Shown piece after piece: positions 38,666 to 48,124 of a DNA stretch of 64,000 bases. The position numbers and the translations under genes were made by a program. Every line of letters starts with the position of its first letter. Within the stretch, counting starts at the first letter, position 1. Below the pieces are notes generated by a model that searched no databases, was not told the DNA's origin, and saw nothing but the letters and a program-made list of their open reading frames with translations. Source of the DNA: Bacteroidota bacterium (GTDB lineage Bacteria > Bacteroidota > Bacteroidia > Palsa-948); the NCBI GenBank assembly GCA_016213405.1, contig JACRAM010000057.1, forward strand, positions 27,773 through 91,772, read 5' to 3'.

Positions 38666-39736
38666 ATGAAATCAAAAAGAAGAATTCGCGTTGCTGCAGT
38701 AATGGTGATTATCCTTTCATCTCTGTCTTTCTGGATGATTTCACACAATGGCAAAGGAACCATCCGCAAGGAACTCTTTGATTTCGCAGTAGCCGATACT
38801 GCTTCTATCTCTAAAATTTACATGGCAAACACAGGTGGAAAACAAATTACAATTGAGAAAGAAAAACCGGGCGAGTGGAAAGTGAACGGGAAATTTAAAG
38901 CGAGAACCGAAGCAGTGAAAAATCTTCTTACCTGCATAAAAGACTTGCAGGTGAGAAACCCGGTGGCTAAAAGCGCTATTGAAAATATTTCCAAACAGAT
39001 GGCAACCTCCTCAACCAAAATTGAGATTTATAACGGAGAAAATTTAATAAAGACGTATTATGTGGGAAGCGACACGCAGGACGGACTCGGCACATTCATG
39101 CTTCTTGTTGACGCGGAGACCGGAGAAAACTCTACCCTGCCTTTTGTAATGTTCATTCCCGGCTTCAACGGATTTCTTTCCGTGAGATACTTTATGGATG
39201 AAGATTTGTGGCGTGACAGAAGCATCTTTTCTTTTTACCCGGATCAGATTTCATCCATATCCGTTGAGTATACCCGCTACAGGGATTCATCCTTCACTAT
39301 TTATTTTTCTGATAAAAATGAAATTTCAATCGCAGACAGCAAGGGTGCCAATCTTCCCAGCTTCGATACCCTCAAAGCAAAACGCTATATTACCTACTAC
39401 TCAAACATCCAGTATGATGCTTTGAAAAATCAGTTGCGTGATTCTTTTAAAGATTCAGTTATTGCAAAAGGACCGGTGCACATTATCAAACTTAAAGACC
39501 GGAAAGGTAAAATTCATGTTGTGAAAACATTTTCAAAACAACCGGATAATCCCGGGCAAATTGATGAAGTTACCGGCAAGCCGATAGTCGAAGACCTTGA
39601 GCGCATGTTTGTATTAATCAATGACGATAAAGATTTTGCGCTCATTCAATATTATGTCTTTGGAAAACTTTTTATTGGCATTTCCTACTTCAAAACTCCC
39701 GTTTCGTCCGACAAAGCAATTGGTGTTAAGAAATAG
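38666..39736 (+). CDS. DUF4340-like hypothetical protein co-transcribed with gldFG
   Basis: N-terminal TM. 2-nt spacing after gldG. Confidence 0.45.
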   Translation: MKSKRRIRVAAVMVIILSSLSFWMISHNGKGTIRKELFDFAVADTASISKIYMANTGGKQITIEKEKPGEWKVNGKFKARTEAVKNLLTCIKDLQVRNPVAKSAIENISKQMATSSTKIEIYNGENLIKTYYVGSDTQDGLGTFMLLVDAETGENSTLPFVMFIPGFNGFLSVRYFMDEDLWRDRSIFSFYPDQISSISVEYTRYRDSSFTIYFSDKNEISIADSKGANLPSFDTLKAKRYITYYSNIQYDALKNQLRDSFKDSVIAKGPVHIIKLKDRKGKIHVVKTFSKQPDNPGQIDEVTGKPIVEDLERMFVLINDDKDFALIQYYVFGKLFIGISYFKTPVSSDKAIGVKK

Positions 39737-39836
39737 TGAAGAAGTTGTGTAAAAGTATGCTCTCAGGAGGTAATTTTTTTATCCTTATTAATTACTTTCG
39801 TTCCCCATTCAACCTAACAAATAATTTATAACAAAA

Positions 39837-40955
39837 ATGAAATTCATCGTCTCCAGTTCAGCATTATTAAAACAGCTTTCTGCGCTCAGCGGAGTGCTCA
39901 GCACCAGCAACGCGCTTCCCATTCTTGATAATTTTCTTTTTCAGATAAATAAAGGAGAATTAAAAATTTCTGCTTCCGATCTGGAAACAACCATGACTGC
40001 CTCGCTTCCTGTTGAATCAAAAGATTCAGGAACGATTGCGGTTCCTGCACGATTGCTTTTGGATACATTAAAAACCTTTCCGGAACAGCCATTGACATTC
40101 ACTATTGATAAGAAAAAATTCGCCATAGAAATTTCCTCTGACTACGGAAAATACAAACTCACCGGTCATGACGGAGAAGATTTTCCGAAGATTGCGGAAA
40201 TAGAATCTCCTTCTTCTTTTGAAATGGAAGCCGATACGCTGAACAAAGCCATCAGCAAAACATTATTTGCAGTGGGAAATGACGAACTCCGCCCGGTGAT
40301 GTGCGGTGTGTTTGTACAATTGGAATCAAACGGAATCACGTTTGTTTCTACAGACGCGCATAAATTGGTACGTTACAAACGCAGTGATGCGAAATCAAAA
40401 AAAGCAAGTTCATACATTATTCCCAGAAAGCCGCTCACGCTTCTTAAAAATGTTTTAGCAGGAGATGGAAAAGTGAAAGTGGAATACAACAACACGAATG
40501 TTTCTTTCTCTTTCGGAAATTCTCATCTGATTTCCCGCCTCATTGATGGTAAATATCCAAACTATGATGCCGTGATTCCGAAAGAAAATCCAAATAAACT
40601 TATAGTGGACCGTGAAGCTTTTTTGAATTCCATTCGCAGAGTTTCCATCTTCGCTAATAAAACAACTCACCAGGTTCGGCTGAAAGTAAAAGGAAGCGAG
40701 CTAAATGTTTCAGCGGAAGATTTGGATTTCTCCAACGAAGCCAGCGAGCGCCTCACCTGCAATTATAAAGGAGAGGATATGGAAATAGGCTTTAACTCAA
40801 AATTTCTTGCCGAAATGCTCAGCAACATGGACAGCGAAGAAGTGCAATTTGAAATGAGCAGTCCGAACCGCGCGGGAGTGATGATTCCGGCAAAGAACGG
40901 AAACAAAGAGGAGGACATCCTCATGCTGGTGATGCCGGTGATGCTCAATAACTAA
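39837..40955 (+). CDS. dnaN: DNA polymerase III beta sliding clamp
   Basis: MKFIVSSSALLKQLSALSGVLSTSNALPILDNFLFQINKGELKISASDLETTM, three-domain length (372 aa). Confidence 0.9.
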   Translation: MKFIVSSSALLKQLSALSGVLSTSNALPILDNFLFQINKGELKISASDLETTMTASLPVESKDSGTIAVPARLLLDTLKTFPEQPLTFTIDKKKFAIEISSDYGKYKLTGHDGEDFPKIAEIESPSSFEMEADTLNKAISKTLFAVGNDELRPVMCGVFVQLESNGITFVSTDAHKLVRYKRSDAKSKKASSYIIPRKPLTLLKNVLAGDGKVKVEYNNTNVSFSFGNSHLISRLIDGKYPNYDAVIPKENPNKLIVDREAFLNSIRRVSIFANKTTHQVRLKVKGSELNVSAEDLDFSNEASERLTCNYKGEDMEIGFNSKFLAEMLSNMDSEEVQFEMSSPNRAGVMIPAKNGNKEEDILMLVMPVMLNN

Positions 40956-41056
40956 TTTTTGTATTCTGCTTTGCATCGAATTTCCAAGATTGAGTTAAAA
41001 AATATTTTGACTTTCTTAATCTATTACTTACGTTTACATATTAATTTCTCTATGGA

Positions 41057-42415
41057 ATGAAAAAACATTTTCTTTTTTTGCTTCTCATTTCTCAATTCTC
41101 TTTTTTTCCTCCTGCATTTGCTCAATCTCAAATTTGCTTAGACATCGGTCAGCCCATCGATAACTTGACAGGGCAGATTTATGTGAACTACGGTGTGATA
41201 GCAAATACCTGCACGCCAAATGTTCGTTTGAATTTTATTCTCGGTCCGTGGAATTCTCCCGATGACGTTACTCTACACAACGGAAAAACATGGAAACAGA
41301 CATACGATGAAATTGTAGACAGCCTGATAAACCGCGGAATAACTATTTACGGTTTAATTGGCGCACAGATTTCATACAATGCCATAGGAGATTTTCTTAT
41401 TAATTACCCGAGTGACACACAAGCTGATTCCGCTCAGGCATCTCAATGGGAGCAGGATTATGTTTACAATTTTGTTAGCGTGGTGGATAAATTTAAAGAC
41501 CGTATTCGCTCATTTGAATCTTATAACGAGCCAAACAACTGGGACAACGGCTGGACTTCTGTTGTCTGCGCGAAATGGTTTGCATTAATGCTTCAGGATA
41601 TTTATCTCAACACAAAATATTTCAACGGACATGCAACGGATCCACTATGGCAGGTAAATTTAATTTCCGGTCCGCTTTTCACTTTTGATTTAAATGACGG
41701 TTCTTCTTATCTGAATGACACCTACAATTACGGAAAAAATATCTGGGCATGGGACTGGACGCACGCGCAAACAGGAAGTTATCCGCTGGATGGAATCGGA
41801 ATGCATATTTATTGCGCGCAGGGAACCAATGATTCAGCAACAGTTGTAAATGCAATGTCGGCAAACATCAATGCGATGTACAGTGCCATTACAAACTGGG
41901 AAGGAGTCACAAATAAACAAATCTGGATTTCTGAATTTGGCTGGGAATCATTAACAATAACCGAACAAGGACAAGCAGATAATTTGAAAAATGCATTTAA
42001 TCTTTTGCTGAACGATACACGAATTGGTCTTGCAACATTTTTTACAATCCGCGACTGGCCCGGTTATTACTGGGGAATGTATTATTGGGGAAATTTTTCT
42101 GCTGCTGACAGAAAACTTGCCTACTATGAATTTCTGAATATTACGAATTGCAGCCCAACATCTGTTGCTGAAATGGCTAATGAAAAACCAACTCTTTTGT
42201 TTGACGCCTCAACAGGGAACTATATGTTGAATTTTTCCGGGAATGAAAAAATAAAAATTGAAATCTGGAATTCACTTGGGGAAAAGATTTCTGAAATAGA
42301 AAATAAATCTCCTTCTATATCTATTAGCAAAAATTCTCTTGGAGTAAATTCAGGAATATATTTCCTGCGTGTAGAAAGAGAAAGCTATTCTTCAGTTTTT
42401 AAACTTATCTTCTGA
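41057..42415 (+). CDS. Secreted clan GH-A (GH5-like) glycoside hydrolase with T9SS C-terminal sorting domain
   Basis: Signal peptide. NEP (acid/base) in ESYNEPNNWDN and nucleophile-like WISEFGWES. C-terminal ...GIYFLRVERESYSSVFKLIF is a T9SS CTD. Confidence 0.55.
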   Translation: MKKHFLFLLLISQFSFFPPAFAQSQICLDIGQPIDNLTGQIYVNYGVIANTCTPNVRLNFILGPWNSPDDVTLHNGKTWKQTYDEIVDSLINRGITIYGLIGAQISYNAIGDFLINYPSDTQADSAQASQWEQDYVYNFVSVVDKFKDRIRSFESYNEPNNWDNGWTSVVCAKWFALMLQDIYLNTKYFNGHATDPLWQVNLISGPLFTFDLNDGSSYLNDTYNYGKNIWAWDWTHAQTGSYPLDGIGMHIYCAQGTNDSATVVNAMSANINAMYSAITNWEGVTNKQIWISEFGWESLTITEQGQADNLKNAFNLLLNDTRIGLATFFTIRDWPGYYWGMYYWGNFSAADRKLAYYEFLNITNCSPTSVAEMANEKPTLLFDASTGNYMLNFSGNEKIKIEIWNSLGEKISEIENKSPSISISKNSLGVNSGIYFLRVERESYSSVFKLIF

Positions 42416-42457
42416 TTGCCCACTTTCTGGTAAGCCGGAGGGCGCTTGGTTTTTATT

Positions 42458-43108
42458 TTATATCTTCCATTCTCCGTTATCCTCTTCCTCCTCATTCCAC
42501 TCAAATTTTTTTGCCTGCGGGCCTTCTTTGCGAAAATAAAATGCGGTGATGATTCCTGCCAGCGAGCCGAGCAAATGTGATTCCCATGAAATCTCGCGAT
42601 GAATCGGAAAAATTCCCCACACTAAACTTCCATAGAGAAAAACTACCAGAAGCGAAAGCACCATTAATGATCTTTCTTTTCTGAAAATCCCACTGAAGAA
42701 AAGAAATGAAGCGAAGCCGTATACCAATCCGCTTGCGCCAATGTGATAGGCTTCTCTTCCAGCCGCCCATAGCCATATACCGCTCATAAGATACACCCAG
42801 AAGAAAACTGAAAAAGCAATAGGGCGGTAAAAATAAAAGGTCATTCCTCCGAGAACAAGAAGCGGAATACTGTTGGAAGAAAGATGATTGAATGAACTAT
42901 GGACTAATGGACATGTTAAAATGCCGATAAGCCCGCTGTATGCGCGTGGATACAATCCAAACAGGATAAAGTCTGTGTTAAAAATAATTTCAGCCAACTT
43001 TACTGCCCATAATAGAGCAACGAATAACACAGGATAAAGTATGCTTCGGAATATTTTTTGTTTTTCAGAATTGTCCATAAGTCCGGTTTTAGTCAATGAC
43101 CGTTCCAA
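42458..43108 (-). CDS. Rhomboid-family intramembrane serine protease
   Basis: GxSG (HIGASGLVYGF) and downstream His (WESHLLGSLAGII) within 6 TM helices. Confidence 0.7.
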   Translation of the reverse strand: MERSLTKTGLMDNSEKQKIFRSILYPVLFVALLWAVKLAEIIFNTDFILFGLYPRAYSGLIGILTCPLVHSSFNHLSSNSIPLLVLGGMTFYFYRPIAFSVFFWVYLMSGIWLWAAGREAYHIGASGLVYGFASFLFFSGIFRKERSLMVLSLLVVFLYGSLVWGIFPIHREISWESHLLGSLAGIITAFYFRKEGPQAKKFEWNEEEEDNGEWKI

Positions 43109-43151
43109 TTGCGAAGTTATGACATTGAGTCAGATTGTTTACATTTGACCT

Positions 43152-43667
43152 ATGAAACGAATTGTATCCATAGCACTTCTTTCACTCTTCCTCTTCAGCA
43201 TAGTGGGATATTATATTCTGTTTCTTGCGATGGATTCACAGAATAGAAATGAAATACAAAGCAGTTTGTTTCAGAATACTTCTCTTGAGACATTGCGGAT
43301 TCACAAATCAGAACTCAAAAACATACTTTTAAAAGATAACGGCAAAGAAATTTCATTCAATGGAGAAATGTATGATGTGAGCGGTGAATCTTTTGATGGT
43401 GATTATATTACCTTTCATTGCAAGCATGACCAGAAAGAAACCACACTCCTCGCAGGACTTGACAAACAAGTGAAGAATAATTCAGATTCAAAATCATCTT
43501 CTGAGAAAAAACAAAACGGCAAAAAACCTGTGAAGGATTTATTCTTTCATCAAAACAAAATGACTGTGATTTCATCTGCCGCATTTGAATTTCCATCTGC
43601 CATCTGCCATTTTACATCTTACATCTCCTCTACCGTTTCTCTTCCTCCCGAAGTTTCTATTGTTTAG
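43152..43667 (+). CDS. Hypothetical membrane-anchored protein
   Basis: N-terminal TM helix only. Confidence 0.35.
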   Translation: MKRIVSIALLSLFLFSIVGYYILFLAMDSQNRNEIQSSLFQNTSLETLRIHKSELKNILLKDNGKEISFNGEMYDVSGESFDGDYITFHCKHDQKETTLLAGLDKQVKNNSDSKSSSEKKQNGKKPVKDLFFHQNKMTVISSAAFEFPSAICHFTSYISSTVSLPPEVSIV

Positions 43668-43732
43668 TTCCGGCAAATTCAACCGTTCTCCGAAAATTCG
43701 GAAGAACATATTCAACTCGTTAAATTCTTATT

Positions 43733-45997
43733 ATGAAAAAGATTACAATGTTATTCTCATCAGCATTTATTTTCATGAATGTTTTTGCGCAAGACAACGA
43801 TACCATCAATAAAGTCATTCAGTTGAATGAAATGGTGATTTCGGCAAATAAATCAGAAGAAAAAAAATCTGACATACCGCAAACGATCGAAATCATTAAA
43901 AGTAGGGATGTAGAGTTCAATAATCCGCAGACATCAGCTGATATGCTTCAGAGCACGGGAAATGTTTTCGTGCAGAAAAGTCAGGCAGGCGGAGGAAGTC
44001 CGGTGCTGAGGGGTTTTGAAGCGAACAGAGTTTTAATTGTAATTGACGGAATACGAATGAACAATGCTATTTACCGCGCTGGGCATTTGCAGGACGTAAT
44101 CACCGTTGACAACATGATGCTCGATAGAACGGAAGTTCTTTTTGGTCCAGCTTCCGTGATGTACGGGAGCGATGCACTGGGAGGCGTGATGCACTTCTAC
44201 ACAAAAAATCCTGAACTCGTCCGCAAGGACTCCTTCGGAGGAGATACTTCTGGCGTGAATACGAAAATAAATATCGGGCTTCGCTATTCAAGTGCGAACA
44301 GGGAAAACACCGCACATATCAATTTGAATCTTGGATACAAAAAAGTTGCTTTCCTCACCGGCATAACTTCGAGTGATTTTTCTGATTTAAGAAGCGGAAG
44401 TGTCCGTCCGCCATTTGACAAGCCATTCGGCAAGTGCAATTATTATGTGGTGCAATTGGACAGTCTGGATACGCTCATCAGAAACTCTGACCCGAATGTT
44501 CAGCGGTTTTCAGGATACAAACAATTTGACGTGATGCAGAAAATTCTTTTCCGGCAAAACAGCAGTGTTTCTCATCTTGTGAATTTTCAGTATTCCAATT
44601 CATCTGACATTCCGCGCTATGATCGCCTTCAGCAGTTTCAGCCCAACGCGGAACCCGTGTATGCAAAATGGCATTACGGTCCGCAGAAAAGAATTCTCGC
44701 TTCTCTGAAAACAAAAATTCTTTCGGAAGGAAAATTTTTTAATGACATGAACATCATTCTTGCCTGGCAGAATATTGAGCAAGAACGCGTGAGCAGAAAA
44801 TATAAAAAGACGAGCGAGAAAGACCAGCTGGAAAATGTGGGCGTTTATTCCGCGAACATTGATTTCAGAAAAGAGATAAATCCCGTAGGAACTTCTTCCA
44901 ACGGGATAAAAGAAAAACACGAACTGCATTACGGCATTGAAGGAACTTACAACGATGTGCAGTCCTCCGCCACGATGACGGATATTTTTACAAAAGTTGA
45001 AACCGCTACCGCACCTCGCTATCCCGATGGAGGAAGCACAATGATGACTTCCGCCATGTATCTTTCTCACAGCTGGGAGATAAATGAAAAATATATTCTC
45101 ACCGATGGCATTCGGTTTAACTATGTTGATTTGAAATCGCAGTGGAAAGACACCTCACTTTTTCATTTCCCGTTTTCTTCCATTGAACAAAAAAACAATG
45201 CTCTTAATGGGAATATTGGTTTCGTTGCCATGCCGGGATTCGGATGGAGATTCACTCTCCTTGGCTCAAGCGGGTTCCGCGCGCCAAATGTGGATGACAT
45301 GGGAAAAGTGAATGAGTCTGCTCAGGGACAACTCATTGTTCCGAATCCCGTTCTGAAACCCGAGTTCGCTTACAGCAGTGAAGCGGGGATTTCAAAAAAC
45401 TTCAGCGGGAAAGTAAAAATGGAAGCAGTTTATTTCTACACGCTTCTTCAAAATGCTATCGTGGTGAAAGACGATAAGTTTAACGGAGCCGATTCTGTTT
45501 TGTACGATGGCGTGATGAGCAAAGTGCAGTCGGCACAAAACGCAGATGAAGCATACATACAAGGATTTTCTGCAAACTTCATGGCAGACTTTGATGAAAA
45601 TTTTTCTCTGAAGAGTTCGATAAATTACACATACGGAATGTATAAAGACAAAGCAAACGATACGCTTGTTCCGATGGATCACATTCCGCCTGTGTTCGGG
45701 CAGACCACATTAATATATCACTATAAAAGAATTGAAACTGAATTTAACGTTCGATACAACGGATGGAAGCGCCTCGAAGATTACAGTCCGAGCGGAGAAG
45801 ATAATCTGGCACAAGCAACCGCTTATGGAATGCCGGCATGGTACACACTCAATTTTAAAACTGCGTTCGAAATAAATCCGCACATGAAAATCATCGTTGG
45901 AATGGATAATATCCTCGACATGCACTATCGCACTTTTGCTTCAGGCGTGAGCGCTCCCGGAAGAAATTTCATTTTTGCGATAAGAGCCAAACTATAA
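43733..45997 (+). CDS. TonB-dependent outer membrane receptor
   Basis: Signal peptide, plug-domain motifs (...NRVLIVIDGIRMNNA...), about 754 aa beta-barrel. Confidence 0.75.
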   Translation: MKKITMLFSSAFIFMNVFAQDNDTINKVIQLNEMVISANKSEEKKSDIPQTIEIIKSRDVEFNNPQTSADMLQSTGNVFVQKSQAGGGSPVLRGFEANRVLIVIDGIRMNNAIYRAGHLQDVITVDNMMLDRTEVLFGPASVMYGSDALGGVMHFYTKNPELVRKDSFGGDTSGVNTKINIGLRYSSANRENTAHINLNLGYKKVAFLTGITSSDFSDLRSGSVRPPFDKPFGKCNYYVVQLDSLDTLIRNSDPNVQRFSGYKQFDVMQKILFRQNSSVSHLVNFQYSNSSDIPRYDRLQQFQPNAEPVYAKWHYGPQKRILASLKTKILSEGKFFNDMNIILAWQNIEQERVSRKYKKTSEKDQLENVGVYSANIDFRKEINPVGTSSNGIKEKHELHYGIEGTYNDVQSSATMTDIFTKVETATAPRYPDGGSTMMTSAMYLSHSWEINEKYILTDGIRFNYVDLKSQWKDTSLFHFPFSSIEQKNNALNGNIGFVAMPGFGWRFTLLGSSGFRAPNVDDMGKVNESAQGQLIVPNPVLKPEFAYSSEAGISKNFSGKVKMEAVYFYTLLQNAIVVKDDKFNGADSVLYDGVMSKVQSAQNADEAYIQGFSANFMADFDENFSLKSSINYTYGMYKDKANDTLVPMDHIPPVFGQTTLIYHYKRIETEFNVRYNGWKRLEDYSPSGEDNLAQATAYGMPAWYTLNFKTAFEINPHMKIIVGMDNILDMHYRTFASGVSAPGRNFIFAIRAKL

Positions 45998-46086
45998 GAA
46001 GCCCCACCCCTTCCCTCCCCATTAGGGAGGGAGAAAGTAATGCAAGTCCTCCCCAATGGGGAGGATTTAGGAGGGGCTTTTTTATT
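45998..46086. repeat. GC-rich nested-palindrome element (family exemplar). It also functions as a terminator-like structure after the TonB receptor gene.
   Basis: GAAGCCCCACCCCTTCCCTCCCCATTAGGGAGGGAGAAAGTAATGCAAGTCCTCCCCAATGGGGAGGATTTAGGAGGGGCTTTTTTATTTT. Stems CCCTCCCC/GGGAGGG, CCTCCCC/GGGGAGG, GCCCC/GGGGC, then a T-run. Core repeated at 53341-53378 (reverse complement) and 63916-63950. Confidence 0.75.
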
Positions 46087-46092
46087 TTACAT

Positions 46093-46974
46093 TTGTATAT
46101 GTACAACGAACTCATGCTCAACCCAAATTCCCTCAAAGACAAAATCATCATTGTTACTGGAGGAGGAACAGGACTTGGAAAATCAATGGTGAAATGTTTT
46201 CTCCAGCTGGGAGCAAAGGTTGCCATCGCCAGCAGAAAAGAAGATGTGCTAAAAAAAACTGCCGAGGAACTTGCAAAAGAAACAGGCGGAGAAATTCTTC
46301 CAGTAAAATGCGATGTGCGCAATTACGAAGAAGTGGAAGCGATGATGAAAACTGTAATTGAAAAATTCGGAAGCTTTAATGTGCTTGTGAATAATGCCGC
46401 AGGAAATTTCATCAGCCCCACGGAAAGATTATCTCACCGCGCATTTGATACTGTAGTTGATATTGTTCTCAAAGGTTCTTACAACTGCGCGCTCGCTGCC
46501 GGAAAATACTGGATAAAAGAAAAAATAAAAGGAAACGTTCTCAGCACACTTGCCGCGTATGCATTCACGGGTTCAGGATATGTAGTGCCTTCCGCCTGCG
46601 GAAAAGCAGGAGTGCTTGCGCTCACGCAATCGCTCGCAGTGGAATGGGGAAAATTTGGAATTCGTTTGAATGCAGTTACACCCGGACCATTTCCTTCTGA
46701 AGGAGCGTGGTCTCGCTTAATGCCGGGAGAAATGTTTAAAAAGTTTGACCCGGCAAATACCACCGCGCTCGGCAGAATGGGCGAACATCAGGAACTCGCC
46801 AACCTATGCTCTTTTCTTGTTTCTGATTTCTCCTCGTACATCACCGGAGAAAATATTGTGATTGATGCGGGGCAATGGCTCAAAGGCGCAGGGCAATTCA
46901 ACGCGCTCGATATGGTTCCCAAAGAGATGTGGGATACCATTGAACAGCTTACACGCAAAGGAAAATCTTCGTAG
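46093..46974 (+). CDS. SDR-family oxidoreductase (2,4-dienoyl-CoA reductase / trans-2-enoyl-CoA reductase-like)
   Basis: TGGGTGLGKSM NAD(P)-binding motif, NNAAGNF, catalytic region ...YVVPSACGKAG... Confidence 0.8.
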   Translation: MYMYNELMLNPNSLKDKIIIVTGGGTGLGKSMVKCFLQLGAKVAIASRKEDVLKKTAEELAKETGGEILPVKCDVRNYEEVEAMMKTVIEKFGSFNVLVNNAAGNFISPTERLSHRAFDTVVDIVLKGSYNCALAAGKYWIKEKIKGNVLSTLAAYAFTGSGYVVPSACGKAGVLALTQSLAVEWGKFGIRLNAVTPGPFPSEGAWSRLMPGEMFKKFDPANTTALGRMGEHQELANLCSFLVSDFSSYITGENIVIDAGQWLKGAGQFNALDMVPKEMWDTIEQLTRKGKSS

Positions 46975-46976
46975 AA

Positions 46977-47020
46977 CCGCCCCCTCCAGACCTGTCCCGA
47001 TCGTAGCATCGGGAGGGGGA
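46977..47020. repeat. GC-rich palindromic element (CCCCTCC...CCCGATCGTAGCATCGGG...GGGAGGGGG) downstream of the SDR gene
   Basis: Nested palindromes CCCGAT/ATCGGG within CCCCTCC/GGGAGGGG. Intergenic. Confidence 0.5.
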
Positions 47021-47064
47021 CAAACACACTCACGGCACAAACCCCGTTGAACAAAAAACTATTT

Positions 47065-48024
47065 CTACGGGGTAAACTCCCACACCTCATGCAGGCAGAA
47101 GAAATAACATTTTCCCTGAAGGACAAACGCAGGAGAAAAATATTTTGATGGCAATTGAGAATCTTTTTTCTCTGTCCATGAGTCAGAAGACGGATTGTAT
47201 TCAAGCAAATTATTTTTTCCGCGAATAACATATCCTTTCCCACCAACAGAAAACGCACACAACGTGTCGTTTCCGGCAATAGGAAGGTCATTCTTATTTA
47301 TCCATTCAAGAGTGCGCGGATTAAATTCCCATAGCTGGTTGATGCAAACCCTTTTCTTATAGATGGAAGTAATGATGAATTCCCTTCCTCCCGCAGAAAA
47401 ATCAATATTGCTCCCGTTAATGTCAGAGTAACCGGGAGCAAGCGCCTTCTTTCCCCATTCGCTCTCAGTCCATGTATCGGTTAAAGGATTATACTTTTTT
47501 AAAACCCTGTATTCAGCATTCACACTCCAGGCAGTATCGTTTACCCCGTTGGATGAATCTCCTGCGGGGTGAAGCACAAAACAAATATCGCGGTCGGCTA
47601 AATAGTTATCGTTCCTTTTCGACCAGGTGTTTGCCAAAGGGTCAAACTCATACAGGTCCGGCTTGTAATCATTGCCTCCTGCGTTGGCTCCATACGGCAT
47701 AATGAAATAACCATAGCCAACATATCCTTTGCCGTTCAGGGAAAAACCCTTGGCGCCCAATCGCCCGCCATTCGGGAATTCCGCTTTCTGAGTCCAGGTG
47801 TTTTCTTCCGCGTCATACTCCCAAAAGTCATTGTATACTTTGTAAGTAAAAACCTCAATTTGTTTTTGCCCCATTCCGTAATATCCTTTGTTGCCTATTG
47901 AAAAGCTCACGGCAAAAAACCGCGAAGAGCCCGGAAAATCTTTTTTCTTTGTCCATTGCGAAAAACAGCTGGCAGCAGGCAAGAGGCAACAGGCAAAAAG
48001 GAAAAGAAGAAGTTTTGCTTTCAC
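47065..48024 (-). CDS. Kelch-repeat / beta-propeller secreted protein
   Basis: Repeated ...G.GY...WEYD...W motifs. A signal peptide (V/M)KAKLLLFLFACCLLPAASCFSQ follows a GTG at 48024. The track ORF (to 48213) probably over-extends into the neighbouring gene. Confidence 0.5.
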   Translation of the reverse strand: MKAKLLLFLFACCLLPAASCFSQWTKKKDFPGSSRFFAVSFSIGNKGYYGMGQKQIEVFTYKVYNDFWEYDAEENTWTQKAEFPNGGRLGAKGFSLNGKGYVGYGYFIMPYGANAGGNDYKPDLYEFDPLANTWSKRNDNYLADRDICFVLHPAGDSSNGVNDTAWSVNAEYRVLKKYNPLTDTWTESEWGKKALAPGYSDINGSNIDFSAGGREFIITSIYKKRVCINQLWEFNPRTLEWINKNDLPIAGNDTLCAFSVGGKGYVIRGKNNLLEYNPSSDSWTEKKDSQLPSKYFSPAFVLQGKCYFFCLHEVWEFTP

Positions 48025-48124
48025 ATAACAAAGATAATTTTTTGAATAAGTCCAGTGAATGGAGATTGCACTTCTCGAAAATGCATTAAAATAAGAATAG
48101 GATTGTAAAAGTGGGGGACAAACA

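Noticed and set aside
42416-42457. Possible terminator AAGCCGGAGGGCGCTTGGTTTTT between convergent GH5-like and rhomboid genes
   Set aside because: The stem is short and imperfect. It is not convincing enough to call.
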